Source of the DNA: an uncultured Pseudomonadota bacterium | Lineage (GTDB): Bacteria; Pseudomonadota; Alphaproteobacteria; Rs-D84; CACZYB01 | Reading direction: 5' to 3' | Length of the DNA: 64,000 nt | Assembly: GCA_902785275.1 (NCBI GenBank) | Contig: CACZYB010000005.1 | Coordinates: 8,865-72,864 of the forward strand | Part shown: positions 9,715-20,266 of the stretch, piece by piece | Layout of the letters: the number at the start of each line of letters is the position of its first letter | Position numbering within the stretch: the stretch's first letter is position 1 | Program-made: the position numbers and the translations under genes | The notes under the pieces: model-generated | What the model saw: the letters and a program-made list of their open reading frames with translations, nothing else | Database searches by the model: none | Told to the model about the DNA's origin: nothing

Positions 9715-10426
9715 TTTCCTCCAATGTTTTAACAACTAATACTCTGTTTCCTAAGAAGAACTTAGCCAAAGGCTGAGGAGTAGCTCTTGAGAAATTTCTT
9801 ATAATAGCAACAGAAACATCTTTAAATCTTCCTCTGAATATAGCAGAAGCCTTCAAAGGATACTCTCGTTTTGTATTCCAAACAAGTTCCCAACCTTCAA
9901 TATCAGCCCATTGTTGCAATACTTCACGAAGTGTCATACCTTCTTTAGCAACCCAATCACGAACAGCATCTTGAGCAACTTTGTTTTCTTCTGTTTCTTG
10001 AACAATTTCTTTTGTTTCAACATATTCAACCAATGTTGGATATCCAGGAGGCATAGAAGCAGACAAAACTCTTACACCATCATCAACAACCAATTCTTTG
10101 TTTGCAAGAGGCATATTTGAATCATCTGGTGGAATGATCCCTTCAACAACAGGAGGATTTCCAGCAGGAGGAGTATAGTTTGGACCACCAGTCCAACCAG
10201 TTTCAGCTTCTACAGTAGAAGTTTTTACTTCTTCACTTTCTGGGTAAACATTAGCCAATGTTTCAATGTTTGAACTTGCATCTGTATAAGGCATAGGCCA
10301 AACGCGTTCCTTTTCTTCGGCATAATCTTCCTCAGGTTCAACACCCCAATCTGCAAAAGAAGATTCAGGCAAAACGAACATTGCTAGCATTAAAGCAACA
10401 AGGGATAATCTTGATATTTTTCTCAT
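9701..10426 (-). CDS. TcpQ-domain protein (PilL-like)
   Basis: Signal peptide; C-terminal W.AKEGMTLREVLQQWA..EGWELVW...YPL.ASAIF.G.F...NRVLVV. Confidence 0.78.
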   Translation of the reverse strand: MRKISRLSLVALMLAMFVLPESSFADWGVEPEEDYAEEKERVWPMPYTDASSNIETLANVYPESEEVKTSTVEAETGWTGGPNYTPPAGNPPVVEGIIPPDDSNMPLANKELVVDDGVRVLSASMPPGYPTLVEYVETKEIVQETEENKVAQDAVRDWVAKEGMTLREVLQQWADIEGWELVWNTKREYPLKASAIFRGRFKDVSVAIIRNFSRATPQPLAKFFLGNRVLVVKTLEENDAN

Positions 10427-10525
10427 AACTCTCCACCTTTTCTATAAATTTTTTTTCTTTCCTAGCTATAAGACTATATTTAAAATTTTGTTTTTGCAAC
10501 AAAAATAATAAAAAGTTAAATATTT

Positions 10526-11608
10526 TTAAAAATTTACTATAAAGCCCGTAGCTGCCAATACCCCAATCGAAGCAGGTTCATTTTCTGCATCATAGGCAAT
10601 TCTTCCAGCAGATACTGAAAAATCAACACCATCGGTTAAGGAATATTTTGTTGAAAGTAGGGATAAAGACAATCTATCCTTTCCATCAATCGCCAACAAT
10701 CCATCAACACAAGATTGATGATTTGAAAGACTTATTGCAAATGGGCCAATTTCATATGCGATTCCATAATTAACGGCATATCCATCTTGTGAAACCAATC
10801 CAAGTACATCATTTTCTACTATATTCTTATAAGATGCAGTAAATTGAAGTCCACGAACATAATATTTTGCACCAATGGAATATTCTTCTCTTCTTTTAGC
10901 ATTAGACAAAGGAAGATTTGTTTCATCAAACCTACCATACCCCAAAGTCATTGCAAAATTAACATTGTCTACATATGAATATTTAAGAGAAGCGGTATAT
11001 CCTCTTTTATATTTCGAATATTCTATGGTATTATCCCCATTTGTATCATTTGCCCCTGGAATATAACTTCCGGCAATCTGTAAACCATGAAATGCAGGGG
11101 ATACATAGTTAATTTTATTAGATTCTTCATCTGTATTTATAGCAGTAGAGTTTATAAATACAAAATTATCAGGTGTAAGTATATAATCTAATCCTTCAGA
11201 GTCATCAATATCCAATATACCAACATCAGGAGTAGTAATATGCATCTTTCTTGAAATATTTTTTGCACGACCTATTTCAAATCTACCATAATTACCTTCG
11301 GAATAGACATATGTTTCTTTATAAACATTATCTTTCTTTCCATTTTTATTATCAGGATGTGTTTTAAGTTCTATATATGCACCGACCTTATTATTTCTAT
11401 TAATCTGGAATTCTGGATTGATATGAATTTCACCATATCCTGTAACATCAAACTTATTTGCATTTCCTTTTGCAATACTGTTATATATAGTATAACCAGC
11501 CAATTCTCCATCAAGAGATATTGAAAGGTTATCCTTGTCATATATAGTAGCCGAGTAAGCAGAGGACGAAATTAAACACCCTAAAAATAACAAAAAACTT
11601 TTTTTCAT
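10526..11608 (-). CDS. Outer membrane porin (alphaproteobacterial general porin type)
   Basis: Signal peptide, amphipathic beta strands, G.YGRFEIGR, KINYVSP.FHG.Q..GSY.P, terminal Phe. Confidence 0.8.
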   Translation of the reverse strand: MKKSFLLFLGCLISSSAYSATIYDKDNLSISLDGELAGYTIYNSIAKGNANKFDVTGYGEIHINPEFQINRNNKVGAYIELKTHPDNKNGKKDNVYKETYVYSEGNYGRFEIGRAKNISRKMHITTPDVGILDIDDSEGLDYILTPDNFVFINSTAINTDEESNKINYVSPAFHGLQIAGSYIPGANDTNGDNTIEYSKYKRGYTASLKYSYVDNVNFAMTLGYGRFDETNLPLSNAKRREEYSIGAKYYVRGLQFTASYKNIVENDVLGLVSQDGYAVNYGIAYEIGPFAISLSNHQSCVDGLLAIDGKDRLSLSLLSTKYSLTDGVDFSVSAGRIAYDAENEPASIGVLAATGFIVNF

Positions 11609-11667
11609 AGAAATTATTTCCTTTCCGTAATATAGTTATAGCATAAATCATAAAAGGGAAAAGTCAA

Positions 11668-12237
11668 ATGTTAAGTAATGATTTAATTACAATAAAGGGA
11701 AAAATATTACTTCTCGTATGTTGTGCCCCATGTTGTGCTGGCGCTGTGGATTTTATTGCAAAGCATAAATTGGATATTACTTTATTCTTCTATAATCCAA
11801 ATATTTATCCCGAAGAAGAGTATATAAAAAGAAAAAACGAAGTAATTCGTCTTGCTAAACTTTACAATATTTCTTTTATTGATACGGACTATACTCCAAC
11901 CGATTATCAAAAGGTAACAACAGGGCTTGGTTCTTGTCCTGAACGTGGAGAACGTTGTTTTATTTGCTTTTCGCTAAGACTTTTAAAAACTGCAATATAT
12001 GCACGTGATAATGGATTTGACTATTTTACTTCGACACTTGGTTTTTCCCGCTGGAAAGATTTAAATCAGGTTGATACCGCTGGGTTTAATGTTGAAAAGA
12101 AAACAAATGTTCCGTACCTTGATGTAAATTGGCGAAAAGGTGGTATACAGGATAGGGCTCGTCAGGTTATAAAAGAAAATTCTATATACGAACAAAATTA
12201 TTGTGGTTGTATCTACAGTTTTAAAAACAAGAAATAG
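11668..12237 (+). CDS. queH: Epoxyqueuosine reductase QueH
   Basis: CCAPC, FYNPNI.P.EEY.KR, PERGERCF.CF..RL, YEQNYCGC.YS. Confidence 0.92.
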   Translation: MLSNDLITIKGKILLLVCCAPCCAGAVDFIAKHKLDITLFFYNPNIYPEEEYIKRKNEVIRLAKLYNISFIDTDYTPTDYQKVTTGLGSCPERGERCFICFSLRLLKTAIYARDNGFDYFTSTLGFSRWKDLNQVDTAGFNVEKKTNVPYLDVNWRKGGIQDRARQVIKENSIYEQNYCGCIYSFKNKK

Positions 12238-12387
12238 ATTTTTTATCTTCGATTCGCTATCTATTTATCTTTTTGTTTTTTCTTTATTTTAAAAATATAA
12301 CAAAAACTATATATTTTATTAATTTTTACTTGATTTTAATCCTAATAAATCTATAATCAAAAAGATTTAACATAATTAAAGGTTTTT

Positions 12388-13251
12388 GTGATGAAAGACT
12401 ATAGATTAGCTGTTCATATCCATATCTTTTACAAACATATGTGGAAGGAGATAAAGTCATATCTTAACAATATTACGATTCCTTATGATTTATATGTTAC
12501 ATTGGTTGATGATGATAAAAATTTAATTTCCGATATAAAGATTTTTCATAAAGAGGCAAAGGTTTGGATTGTTGAAAATCGTGGTTATGATGTTGGACCA
12601 TTTATTGATTTTCTTAATAAGATAAACCTTAATGATTACGACTATATCTTAAAGTTGCATACAAAGGGGCATTCTGGAAAGAATAAATTTACTGATTTAT
12701 TTAAAGAAAGATATGTTTATTTTGAGCATAAGGATTTATGGAATGATTTATTGATAAAATCTTTGGTTGGAACAAAAAATATCTTTGAAAAAAATCTAAG
12801 CCATTTTTCAAAAGATGAAAAACTTGGTATGATTGGTTCGAAGTATTTAATTTGTAATTTATCAAAATCATATAAAAAATCTTTACCTCAAATACCCGGA
12901 TTAAAATATCCAAAGGCATCAGATATTAAGTTTATTGCTGGAACAATGTTTATGGTAAAAAGCCCACTTCTTCAACCAATAAAGGATAATTTTAAAATCT
13001 CAAATTTTGAGCCTACTGATGGTAAAGTAAAGGATAAAGCTTTGGCTCATTATATCGAAAGATTGTTTGGTTGTGTTGTTTTATCTCAAGGCTGTAAAAT
13101 TAAGGGGTTTGATAAATCATGGATTATGCGAATAATTCAACCTCTTAATTTCGCAAAAAAATTCATCTTTGACTTCACAAAAACATGTCAAGGATACTAT
13201 AAAATAAAAATTTTTAGAATACAAATATTGAAGTTTAAGGAGTTGTGGTAA
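12388..13251 (+). CDS. Rhamnan synthesis F (RgpF-like) protein
   Basis: AVHIHIFY, ENRGYDVGPF, LKLHTK, FIAGTMF, AHYIERLFG. Confidence 0.85.
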   Translation: MMKDYRLAVHIHIFYKHMWKEIKSYLNNITIPYDLYVTLVDDDKNLISDIKIFHKEAKVWIVENRGYDVGPFIDFLNKINLNDYDYILKLHTKGHSGKNKFTDLFKERYVYFEHKDLWNDLLIKSLVGTKNIFEKNLSHFSKDEKLGMIGSKYLICNLSKSYKKSLPQIPGLKYPKASDIKFIAGTMFMVKSPLLQPIKDNFKISNFEPTDGKVKDKALAHYIERLFGCVVLSQGCKIKGFDKSWIMRIIQPLNFAKKFIFDFTKTCQGYYKIKIFRIQILKFKELW

Positions 13252-14246
13252 TGAAATGTTATTTTTGTCTCACAGAACCTGATGATGCAAATTCAATATA
13301 TCTTGATATGTTGTATGTTTCTCTGAAATCAGCAAGAAAAAATACATCTTTGGATTTATATGTTCTATACGATGGATCAGAAGATGGTAGGTGTTATTCC
13401 ATACTAAAAGAATTTAATGTAAAAATAATAAAACATAAATTTTCTCACAAAGATTACTTAAAAAAGACTTTCCCTGAGAATTATATTATGAAACTTTGTG
13501 GACATAAAGTTTCATATGAAAAAATTGCAGGAACTTTTATGCGTTTTGATATACCTTTTGTAGAAAAGGAAGATGATTTTGTTTTTTATTCTGATATTGA
13601 TGTTATTTTTTTAAAAGATTTTTCTCATGAAAATTTTGATAAACCTAAATATTTAGCAGCAAGTTCGGAATGTGATAAAAATTTGAATAATATTTCTTAC
13701 TTTAATGCTGGTATTATGTATTTAAATGTTAAAAATATGAGAAAAATATCAAGCAAAGTTTTTAATATGTTAAAAAATGGGGTTAGAAATAAAAGTGGAG
13801 TTTTTGATCAGGGATATCTAAATCAACTTTGTTTTGATAAAATGACAATTATGCCAATTGAATATAATTGGAAACCTTATTGGGGAATTGGTAAAAATGT
13901 CCATATTGTACATTTACATGCTATGAAACCAGGTGGAACATCTAAAAATTCTGGTTTTACCATGAATGACACTATTCTCTATGAAATGTTGAAAGGTCAT
14001 TTTGAAGATATTGAAGGGTATGTGTATTATTTGATTTTATATTATAAATTACTTGGAAAAGATGGAAGTAAATGGTTATCTTCATTTATTTCTTTAATAT
14101 ATACGACTACAGTAAATGTACTATCCGGAAATGTAGAATCAGTTATTTATTATAGAAAATATAGAAAATATAGAAAAATATACAAAGTTAGTTTATTGAT
14201 TATAATTTTTCTACTTTTGTTTATTTGTTATAATTTAGGAGTTTAA
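13251..14246 (+). CDS. Glycosyltransferase family 8 with C-terminal membrane anchor
   Basis: RFDIP, YSDIDVIF (DxD), FNAGIM..N, DQG.LN, YNWK, IVHLH..KP; ATG overlaps the upstream TAA (TAATG). Confidence 0.85.
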   Translation: MKCYFCLTEPDDANSIYLDMLYVSLKSARKNTSLDLYVLYDGSEDGRCYSILKEFNVKIIKHKFSHKDYLKKTFPENYIMKLCGHKVSYEKIAGTFMRFDIPFVEKEDDFVFYSDIDVIFLKDFSHENFDKPKYLAASSECDKNLNNISYFNAGIMYLNVKNMRKISSKVFNMLKNGVRNKSGVFDQGYLNQLCFDKMTIMPIEYNWKPYWGIGKNVHIVHLHAMKPGGTSKNSGFTMNDTILYEMLKGHFEDIEGYVYYLILYYKLLGKDGSKWLSSFISLIYTTTVNVLSGNVESVIYYRKYRKYRKIYKVSLLIIIFLLLFICYNLGV

Positions 14247-14247
14247 A

Positions 14248-15087
14248 ATGCAAAAAAAAATATTAACAGTTATTGTAACATCATATAACTATGAAAAATA
14301 TATAAAAGAAAATTTGGATGCTTTAACTAATCAAACCTGCAAAGATTTTGATATTATTGTAATAGATGATGGTTCTTCTGATAATAGTGTTAATATTATA
14401 AAAAAATATTTAAAGAGACATAAAAACATAAAATTTTTACAACATGAAAATGGTGTAAATAAAGGGTTGTGTAAAACAACATTGGTTGCTTTGGAACATG
14501 TCGATACAGAATACGTCGCTTTTTGTGAATCTGATGATTATTGGGATATCGATCATGTTAAAAATTTATTATCTTTTATAAAAAAACATCCAGAGGCAAA
14601 TATGATTTTTAATAAATTAGAAGTTAAAAATTATTCAAGTAATCCAGAATATGATAGTTATACAAATTCGACAAATATATCTTTAGCAAAATTAAGTGGA
14701 ACAAATATTTTTAAACTTATGACATCTAATTATATGCCAACGTTTAGTTCTGCTTGTATAAAAACATCAGAGTTAAAGAAGTGTGATTTTAATTCATTTT
14801 ATCCTCAGTATCTAGATTTTTGGTTATGGAGGCAATTATGTTTAAAAAACAAAATCTTTTTTGTAGATAATTCTATATCATATTGGCGCAAACATAATGA
14901 AAGTTATGATATGAAGGATAATATAAAGGATACAAAAAGTTTTTTAATTGCATCTAATAATATTATATTAAAAAATTTAAACGTTAGCTTTATAACTAAT
15001 TTAAAGTTAAACTTGTTTCGTTTTATTCTTTGTAAAAAATTATTTATAAAAAGACAAATAAAATTTATTATAAAGTATTACAGCTAG
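14248..15087 (+). CDS. Glycosyltransferase family 2
   Basis: TVIVTSYNYEKYI, IDDGSSD, AFCESDDYW. Confidence 0.9.
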   Translation: MQKKILTVIVTSYNYEKYIKENLDALTNQTCKDFDIIVIDDGSSDNSVNIIKKYLKRHKNIKFLQHENGVNKGLCKTTLVALEHVDTEYVAFCESDDYWDIDHVKNLLSFIKKHPEANMIFNKLEVKNYSSNPEYDSYTNSTNISLAKLSGTNIFKLMTSNYMPTFSSACIKTSELKKCDFNSFYPQYLDFWLWRQLCLKNKIFFVDNSISYWRKHNESYDMKDNIKDTKSFLIASNNIILKNLNVSFITNLKLNLFRFILCKKLFIKRQIKFIIKYYS

Positions 15088-15196
15088 TTCAACATAATCG
15101 TTTATTTATGTTGATTTTATTCCTATTGAGTTTTATAATTACTCAACAGTAATTGGTGGTTTAAATAATTCAACACAAATGAAAGGATTTATACAA

Positions 15197-16084
15197 ATGA
15201 AAGGTATTTTGCTTGCAGGGGGAAGTGGTACAAGATTGTATCCTTTAACAAAAACTATGTCAAAACAATTACTTCCTGTTTATGATAAACCTATGGTTTA
15301 CTATCCTCTATCAACATTGATGTTGTTTGGAATAAAAGATATTTTGATAATCTCTACACCAAAGGATACTCCTAATATTGAAAATTTGTTTGGTGATGGT
15401 TCAAAGCTTGGTTTGAATATACAATATAAGGTTCAAGAAAAGCCAAATGGTATTGCCGAAGCTTTTGTTTTAGGTGCTGACTTTGTTGGTGATGATGATG
15501 TATGCTTAATCCTTGGTGATAATATTTTTTATATGGGTGACCAATTCCATACCTTCCGTGATGAAGTTGAAGAAAATAAAGGTAAGAAAGCAACAGTATT
15601 TGCATATCATGTTTCTGATCCTGAACGTTTTGGTGTTGTTGAATTTGATAAAGATTTTAATGTTATTTCCATTGAAGAAAAACCTGCAAAACCAAAATCA
15701 AATTATGCATCTGTTGGACTTTATTTTTATCCAGGCGATGTTGTAAAAAAGGCAAAAAGTTTGAAACCATCTGCACGTGGCGAACTTGAAATTACAGACT
15801 TAAACAATCTTTACCTTGATGAAAAAAGATTGTCCGTCGTTCCAATGCGTCGTGGTAATGCTTGGCTTGATGCAGGAACTCCTGATAGTCTTATGGATGC
15901 GGGTCAGTTTGTTCAGATTATTGAAAAACGTCAAGCTTTGAAAATCGCATGTATTGAGGAGATTGCATATCGTCGTGGTTTTATTAATGATGAACAATTA
16001 CTTGCTTTAATTGATGAATTAAAGGCTGGTACATATAAAAGTTATTTAATGAAAGTATATAGGGAAAAACATGAACTTTATTAA
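15197..16084 (+). CDS. rfbA: Glucose-1-phosphate thymidylyltransferase
   Basis: MKGILLAGGSGTRLYPLT, KQLLPVYDKPM, PSARGELEITD. Confidence 0.97.
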   Translation: MKGILLAGGSGTRLYPLTKTMSKQLLPVYDKPMVYYPLSTLMLFGIKDILIISTPKDTPNIENLFGDGSKLGLNIQYKVQEKPNGIAEAFVLGADFVGDDDVCLILGDNIFYMGDQFHTFRDEVEENKGKKATVFAYHVSDPERFGVVEFDKDFNVISIEEKPAKPKSNYASVGLYFYPGDVVKKAKSLKPSARGELEITDLNNLYLDEKRLSVVPMRRGNAWLDAGTPDSLMDAGQFVQIIEKRQALKIACIEEIAYRRGFINDEQLLALIDELKAGTYKSYLMKVYREKHELY

Positions 16085-16628
16085 AACTGATATTGATGGT
16101 GTTATAATTGTTGAACCTCGTTTATTTGAGGATGAAAGAGGTTATTTCTTTGAAAGTTATAACGAAGAAGAATTTGTAAAAAATGGTATTACAAACAAGT
16201 TTGTTCAAGATAATCAATCAAAATCTTCTTATGGTGTAATTCGTGGACTTCATTGTCAACTTGGCGAACATGCACAGGCAAAGTTAGTTCGTGTTTTACA
16301 AGGAAAGGTTCTTGATGTTGCTGTTGATATAAGAAAGGGGTCTCCAACATTTGGTAAACATGTCGCTGTTGAACTTTCTGCTGAAAATAACAGACAGCTT
16401 TTTATGCCACGTGGATTTTTGCACGGTTTTGCAGTGTTAAGCGATACTGCAATTTTTGCATATAAATGTGATAACCTTTATTGTAAAGCTTCAGAATTTG
16501 GCATTCGTTATGATGATCCTGAAATTGGTATTAAGTGGCCTATTGAAAAGGATAAAATTGTTACATCAGAAAAAGATAGATTGGCAAATAAATTACAAGA
16601 TATTTTGGATATGTATGAAAAGGAGTAA
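16071..16628 (+). CDS. rfbC: dTDP-4-dehydrorhamnose 3,5-epimerase
   Basis: DERGYFFE, FVQDNQS.S, RGLH, DVAVDIRKGSPTFG. Confidence 0.96.
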   Translation: MNFIKTDIDGVIIVEPRLFEDERGYFFESYNEEEFVKNGITNKFVQDNQSKSSYGVIRGLHCQLGEHAQAKLVRVLQGKVLDVAVDIRKGSPTFGKHVAVELSAENNRQLFMPRGFLHGFAVLSDTAIFAYKCDNLYCKASEFGIRYDDPEIGIKWPIEKDKIVTSEKDRLANKLQDILDMYEKE

Positions 16629-16630
16629 AA

Positions 16631-17452
16631 ATGATTTTAGTAACTGGAGGTAATGGACAGCTTGGAACTGAACTTTCAAAACTTTTGCCTGATGCAATTT
16701 TCACAGATGTTGCTGCTTTGGATATTACTGATGAACAGGCTGTACTTGATTTTGTTAAATCTCATAATGTCGATACTATTGTAAACTGTGCTGCATATAC
16801 TGCAGTTGATAATGCAGAGGATAATGTTGAACTCGCAACGAAAATAAATGTTGATGGGCCAAGAAATCTTGCAAAAACAGGTGCAAAAGTTATCCATATT
16901 TCAACAGATTATGTTTTTGATGGTATGGGACATAAACCATATACCCCAGCTGATAAAACAAATCCTATTTCTGTTTATGGAAAAACAAAGCTTGCTGGGG
17001 AACAGACTGTTTCTGAAAATGCAGATGTTTATGCAATCATAAGAACTGCTTGGCTTTATTCTCCTTATGGTAAAAACTTTGTAAAAACTATGCGTATGCT
17101 TGGTGAAACAAAAGAAAGTATAAATGTTGTTTGTGATCAGATTGGCACACCAACCTATGCTGGTGATTTGGCAGAAGCTATTGTAAAAATCATTCCTCAA
17201 TTATCAAAGGAAAATAGTGGACTTTACCATTTTACAAATGAAGGTGTTTGTTCATGGTATGATTTTTCAAGCGAAATTATGGAACAATCTGGATTAAAAT
17301 GTAAGGTTAATCCTGTTCCATCATCAGCTTATCCTACAAAGGCAACACGCCCATTTTACAGTGTACTTGATAAGTCAAAAATAAAAGAAACTTTTGGTAT
17401 AGAAATAACTCATTGGAAGAAAGGATTGGAAAAATGTCTAAAACAATTTTAG
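16631..17452 (+). CDS. rfbD: dTDP-4-dehydrorhamnose reductase
   Basis: ILVTGGNGQLG, NCAAYTAVD, HISTDYVFDG, YGKTK. Confidence 0.96.
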   Translation: MILVTGGNGQLGTELSKLLPDAIFTDVAALDITDEQAVLDFVKSHNVDTIVNCAAYTAVDNAEDNVELATKINVDGPRNLAKTGAKVIHISTDYVFDGMGHKPYTPADKTNPISVYGKTKLAGEQTVSENADVYAIIRTAWLYSPYGKNFVKTMRMLGETKESINVVCDQIGTPTYAGDLAEAIVKIIPQLSKENSGLYHFTNEGVCSWYDFSSEIMEQSGLKCKVNPVPSSAYPTKATRPFYSVLDKSKIKETFGIEITHWKKGLEKCLKQF

Positions 17453-18444
17453 TAACTGGCGGTGCTGGATTTATTGGTTCAAATTTTGTACCATATTTCA
17501 CACAAAAATATCCTGAATATCATATCATAAATCTTGATAAACTTACATATGCAGGAAATCTTGATAATGTACGTGAATGTGAAGGTATGGTAAATTATAC
17601 CTTTGTAAAAGGCGATATTTGTGATAGAAAACTTATCGAAGAACTATTCGATAAATATGATATTCGTGGTGTAATTCACTTTGCCGCTGAATCTCATGTT
17701 GATAACTCAATTAAAAATCCATTTGCTTTTATCCAAACAAATATTGAAGGAACATTTACATTGATTGATGTTGCATATCATCATTGGATGGATGCTCCTA
17801 ATAAAGTAAAAGCAGGATACGAAGATTGTCGTTTCCATCACATTTCAACTGATGAAGTTTATGGTACATTAGAGTTTGGTAAAGGTATGTTTACAGAAGA
17901 TACTCACTATGCTCCAAACAGTCCATATTCTGCATCAAAGGCAAGTTCAGACTTCGTTGTTCGTGCATATCATCATACATTTGGTATGAATACAACAACA
18001 TCAAATTGCTCAAACAACTATGGTCCAAAACAACACAGTGAAAAACTTATCCCAACAATTATCCGCAAGTGTTTAGCTGGGGAAAGCATTCCTGTTTATG
18101 GTAATGGAAAGAATATTCGTGATTGGTTGTATGTACTTGATCACTGCAAGGCAATTGATTTAATCTTCCATAAGGGAGTTTCTGGTGAAACATATAATGT
18201 CGGTGGAAGAAATGAACGAAATAACATTACTATTGTTGAAACAATTTGTAAGATTTTGGATGAAAAACGTCCTCGTAAAGAAGGTAAATATTCAGACTTG
18301 ATTACATTTGTTCAGGATCGTGCCGGTCATGACCTTCGTTATGCAATCGATGCAACAAAGTTGGAAACACAACTCGGTTGGCGTGCCGATGAAACTTTTG
18401 ATACAGGTATCATCAAAACAGTAGAATGGTACTTAAATAAATAA
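17434..18444 (+). CDS. rfbB: dTDP-glucose 4,6-dehydratase
   Basis: TGGAGFIGSNF, DKLTYAGN, HFAAESHVD, HISTDEVYG, YSASK. Confidence 0.97.
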   Translation: MSKTILVTGGAGFIGSNFVPYFTQKYPEYHIINLDKLTYAGNLDNVRECEGMVNYTFVKGDICDRKLIEELFDKYDIRGVIHFAAESHVDNSIKNPFAFIQTNIEGTFTLIDVAYHHWMDAPNKVKAGYEDCRFHHISTDEVYGTLEFGKGMFTEDTHYAPNSPYSASKASSDFVVRAYHHTFGMNTTTSNCSNNYGPKQHSEKLIPTIIRKCLAGESIPVYGNGKNIRDWLYVLDHCKAIDLIFHKGVSGETYNVGGRNERNNITIVETICKILDEKRPRKEGKYSDLITFVQDRAGHDLRYAIDATKLETQLGWRADETFDTGIIKTVEWYLNK

Positions 18445-18454
18445 GAAATAAAAT

Positions 18455-18486
18455 AAAACCTCCATAAAACGAGGGTTATTTTTTTT
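18455..18486 (+). terminator. Intrinsic terminator after the rml genes
   Basis: Imperfect AACCTC-cataaaac-GAGGGTT stem followed by a T tract. Confidence 0.6.
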
Positions 18487-18563
18487 GCTATAATTAAAGT
18501 TTAAATTCATATTGCAAATGACGTTTTTATTGATATAATGGCTCGAAATAAAAGGGAGTAATT

Positions 18564-19700
18564 ATGGAAATTTTACGTCATATTTGTTTATTATTTTTAA
18601 GTTCTTATATCATTTGGAAGGTTTGTGATTCTTTTCAACAGGCCTCTCGTTTCTTAGGTCGACATATGCCAAACGGAACTCGTGGTGCAACTATTAATGC
18701 GATAGGAAGTTCTTTCCCTGAATTTATAACATCATTTATTGCTATATTCGAGTATTCAAAAAATGATGGCGCAATGTTCGGTATAAGTAATACTACGGGG
18801 AGTGTTGTTTATAACATAACAATAATTCCATTTTTTGTGATATTTGCATGTCTTATTTTTAAAAATTTACACAAGATAAAATTTGATAAAATAATTCTTA
18901 TTCGTGATGGAGTATTTTTGATAACTACTCAAGTTTATCTTATGATGGTGCTTTCATCCGGAACAATAAGTATCTCATCTTCGCTTATCTTAATAGCTTT
19001 TTATGTTTTGTATTTGATTATTATTTTTAATTATCCAAAGCGTGCGAAGAATAAAGAGAAAACTGTGGATGATTTTTCACTTAAAAATTCAAAGCACATA
19101 GTTGTTGCTGTAAAAGACATGGATCTATTCAGAATATTTTTCGGCAAGTCGGAAAAGCAAAATTTTCTTAATTCCATGATAGTTCTTTTTTTAAGTATAG
19201 TGATTTTTTACTTTATGTGTGATATTCTTGTTTCAAGCAGTTATGCATTAAGTTCTATTTTGAATGTTCCAAGTTATCTTGTCGCAATGACTGTAACAGC
19301 CCTTGCAACATCAGTTCCTGATACAATACTTTCAGTAAAGGATGCAAGAGCAGGGGAGTTTGATGATGCAATAACAAATGCCTTTGGTTCAAATATTTTT
19401 AATATAAGTTTTTGTATTGGCTTTCCTATATTTATCTATAACTTGCTTTATAACTCAAATTTGAATTTAAGCCTTACTTCAATAGATAGTATCAATCATC
19501 TTAAAAATATAAGTATTTTTTTGGTAATATTGGTTGTTGGAACTTTTATTATAAAAAAGATAAGTTGGATTACAAAAGGTTTAATAATGCTCCTTGCCTA
19601 TATAGCATTCTTAACATACGTCGGTTTGGAAATTGATAATTTTCATTCAAAAGATGAGACTATGCAACATCATCGTTATTTGGCGAATTTTTCTTCATAA
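18564..19700 (+). CDS. Cation/Ca2+ exchanger (CaCA, YrbG-like)
   Basis: Two alpha repeats, GSSFPEF..S and ATSVPD..S, plus GSNIFN; many TM helices. Confidence 0.88.
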   Translation: MEILRHICLLFLSSYIIWKVCDSFQQASRFLGRHMPNGTRGATINAIGSSFPEFITSFIAIFEYSKNDGAMFGISNTTGSVVYNITIIPFFVIFACLIFKNLHKIKFDKIILIRDGVFLITTQVYLMMVLSSGTISISSSLILIAFYVLYLIIIFNYPKRAKNKEKTVDDFSLKNSKHIVVAVKDMDLFRIFFGKSEKQNFLNSMIVLFLSIVIFYFMCDILVSSSYALSSILNVPSYLVAMTVTALATSVPDTILSVKDARAGEFDDAITNAFGSNIFNISFCIGFPIFIYNLLYNSNLNLSLTSIDSINHLKNISIFLVILVVGTFIIKKISWITKGLIMLLAYIAFLTYVGLEIDNFHSKDETMQHHRYLANFSS

Positions 19701-20139
19701 AATCGGACATAGAAATAACATTGCTGTCTTCATCAGAATATGAAAGCTCAGGTTCAACTTCTTCTATATGAATTTCCTCATCTGTAGGATTAAATGAAAG
19801 AGAGAAATTAGCCTCCGGATCAGAGAAAGCAACCAAAGAAGAAAATGGTACAATTATGTGATAGTTGTGATTACTAAACGATAATGTTACACCAAATTCT
19901 TTTTCTGATACGGAAAGATTCGAATATTCATGTTGAATAATAATAGTTAATGTTTCAGGATATTGCTTTTTCAAAAATTCAGGAACCACAACACCCCAAG
20001 CATTAGTTTTAAATGTAAGGTAAAAGTAATGACCATCCAAAAGTCCATTCACAGCCGCCTGTTCCAAAGCGTTTTTCACAACAGAAAGAAGAGCTTTATC
20101 AAGCATATTGTTATAATTAAGATAACCATTATTTTTCAT
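19660..20139 (-). CDS. sspB: ClpXP adaptor SspB, alphaproteobacterial type
   Basis: HYFYLTFKT, YPETLTIIIQH, FGVTLSF, F.DP..NF.L.F, NVISMSDF tail. Confidence 0.88.
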   Translation of the reverse strand: MKNNGYLNYNNMLDKALLSVVKNALEQAAVNGLLDGHYFYLTFKTNAWGVVVPEFLKKQYPETLTIIIQHEYSNLSVSEKEFGVTLSFSNHNYHIIVPFSSLVAFSDPEANFSLSFNPTDEEIHIEEVEPELSYSDEDSNVISMSDFMKKNSPNNDDVA

Positions 20140-20266
20140 TTTTACATCTCCTTTTACCTGTAATCAAATATAAAACAAAGAAAAAATATTTGCAATAAAA
20201 CTTTATACTTTCCTTTTTCGAAAAAATATTATATATTATACGGCATATTAAATAAAGGACTTTATT

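Noticed and set aside
19660-19700. 41-bp convergent overlap of the CaCA gene and sspB
   Set aside because: Short tail-to-tail overlaps are common in compact genomes; nothing indicates regulation
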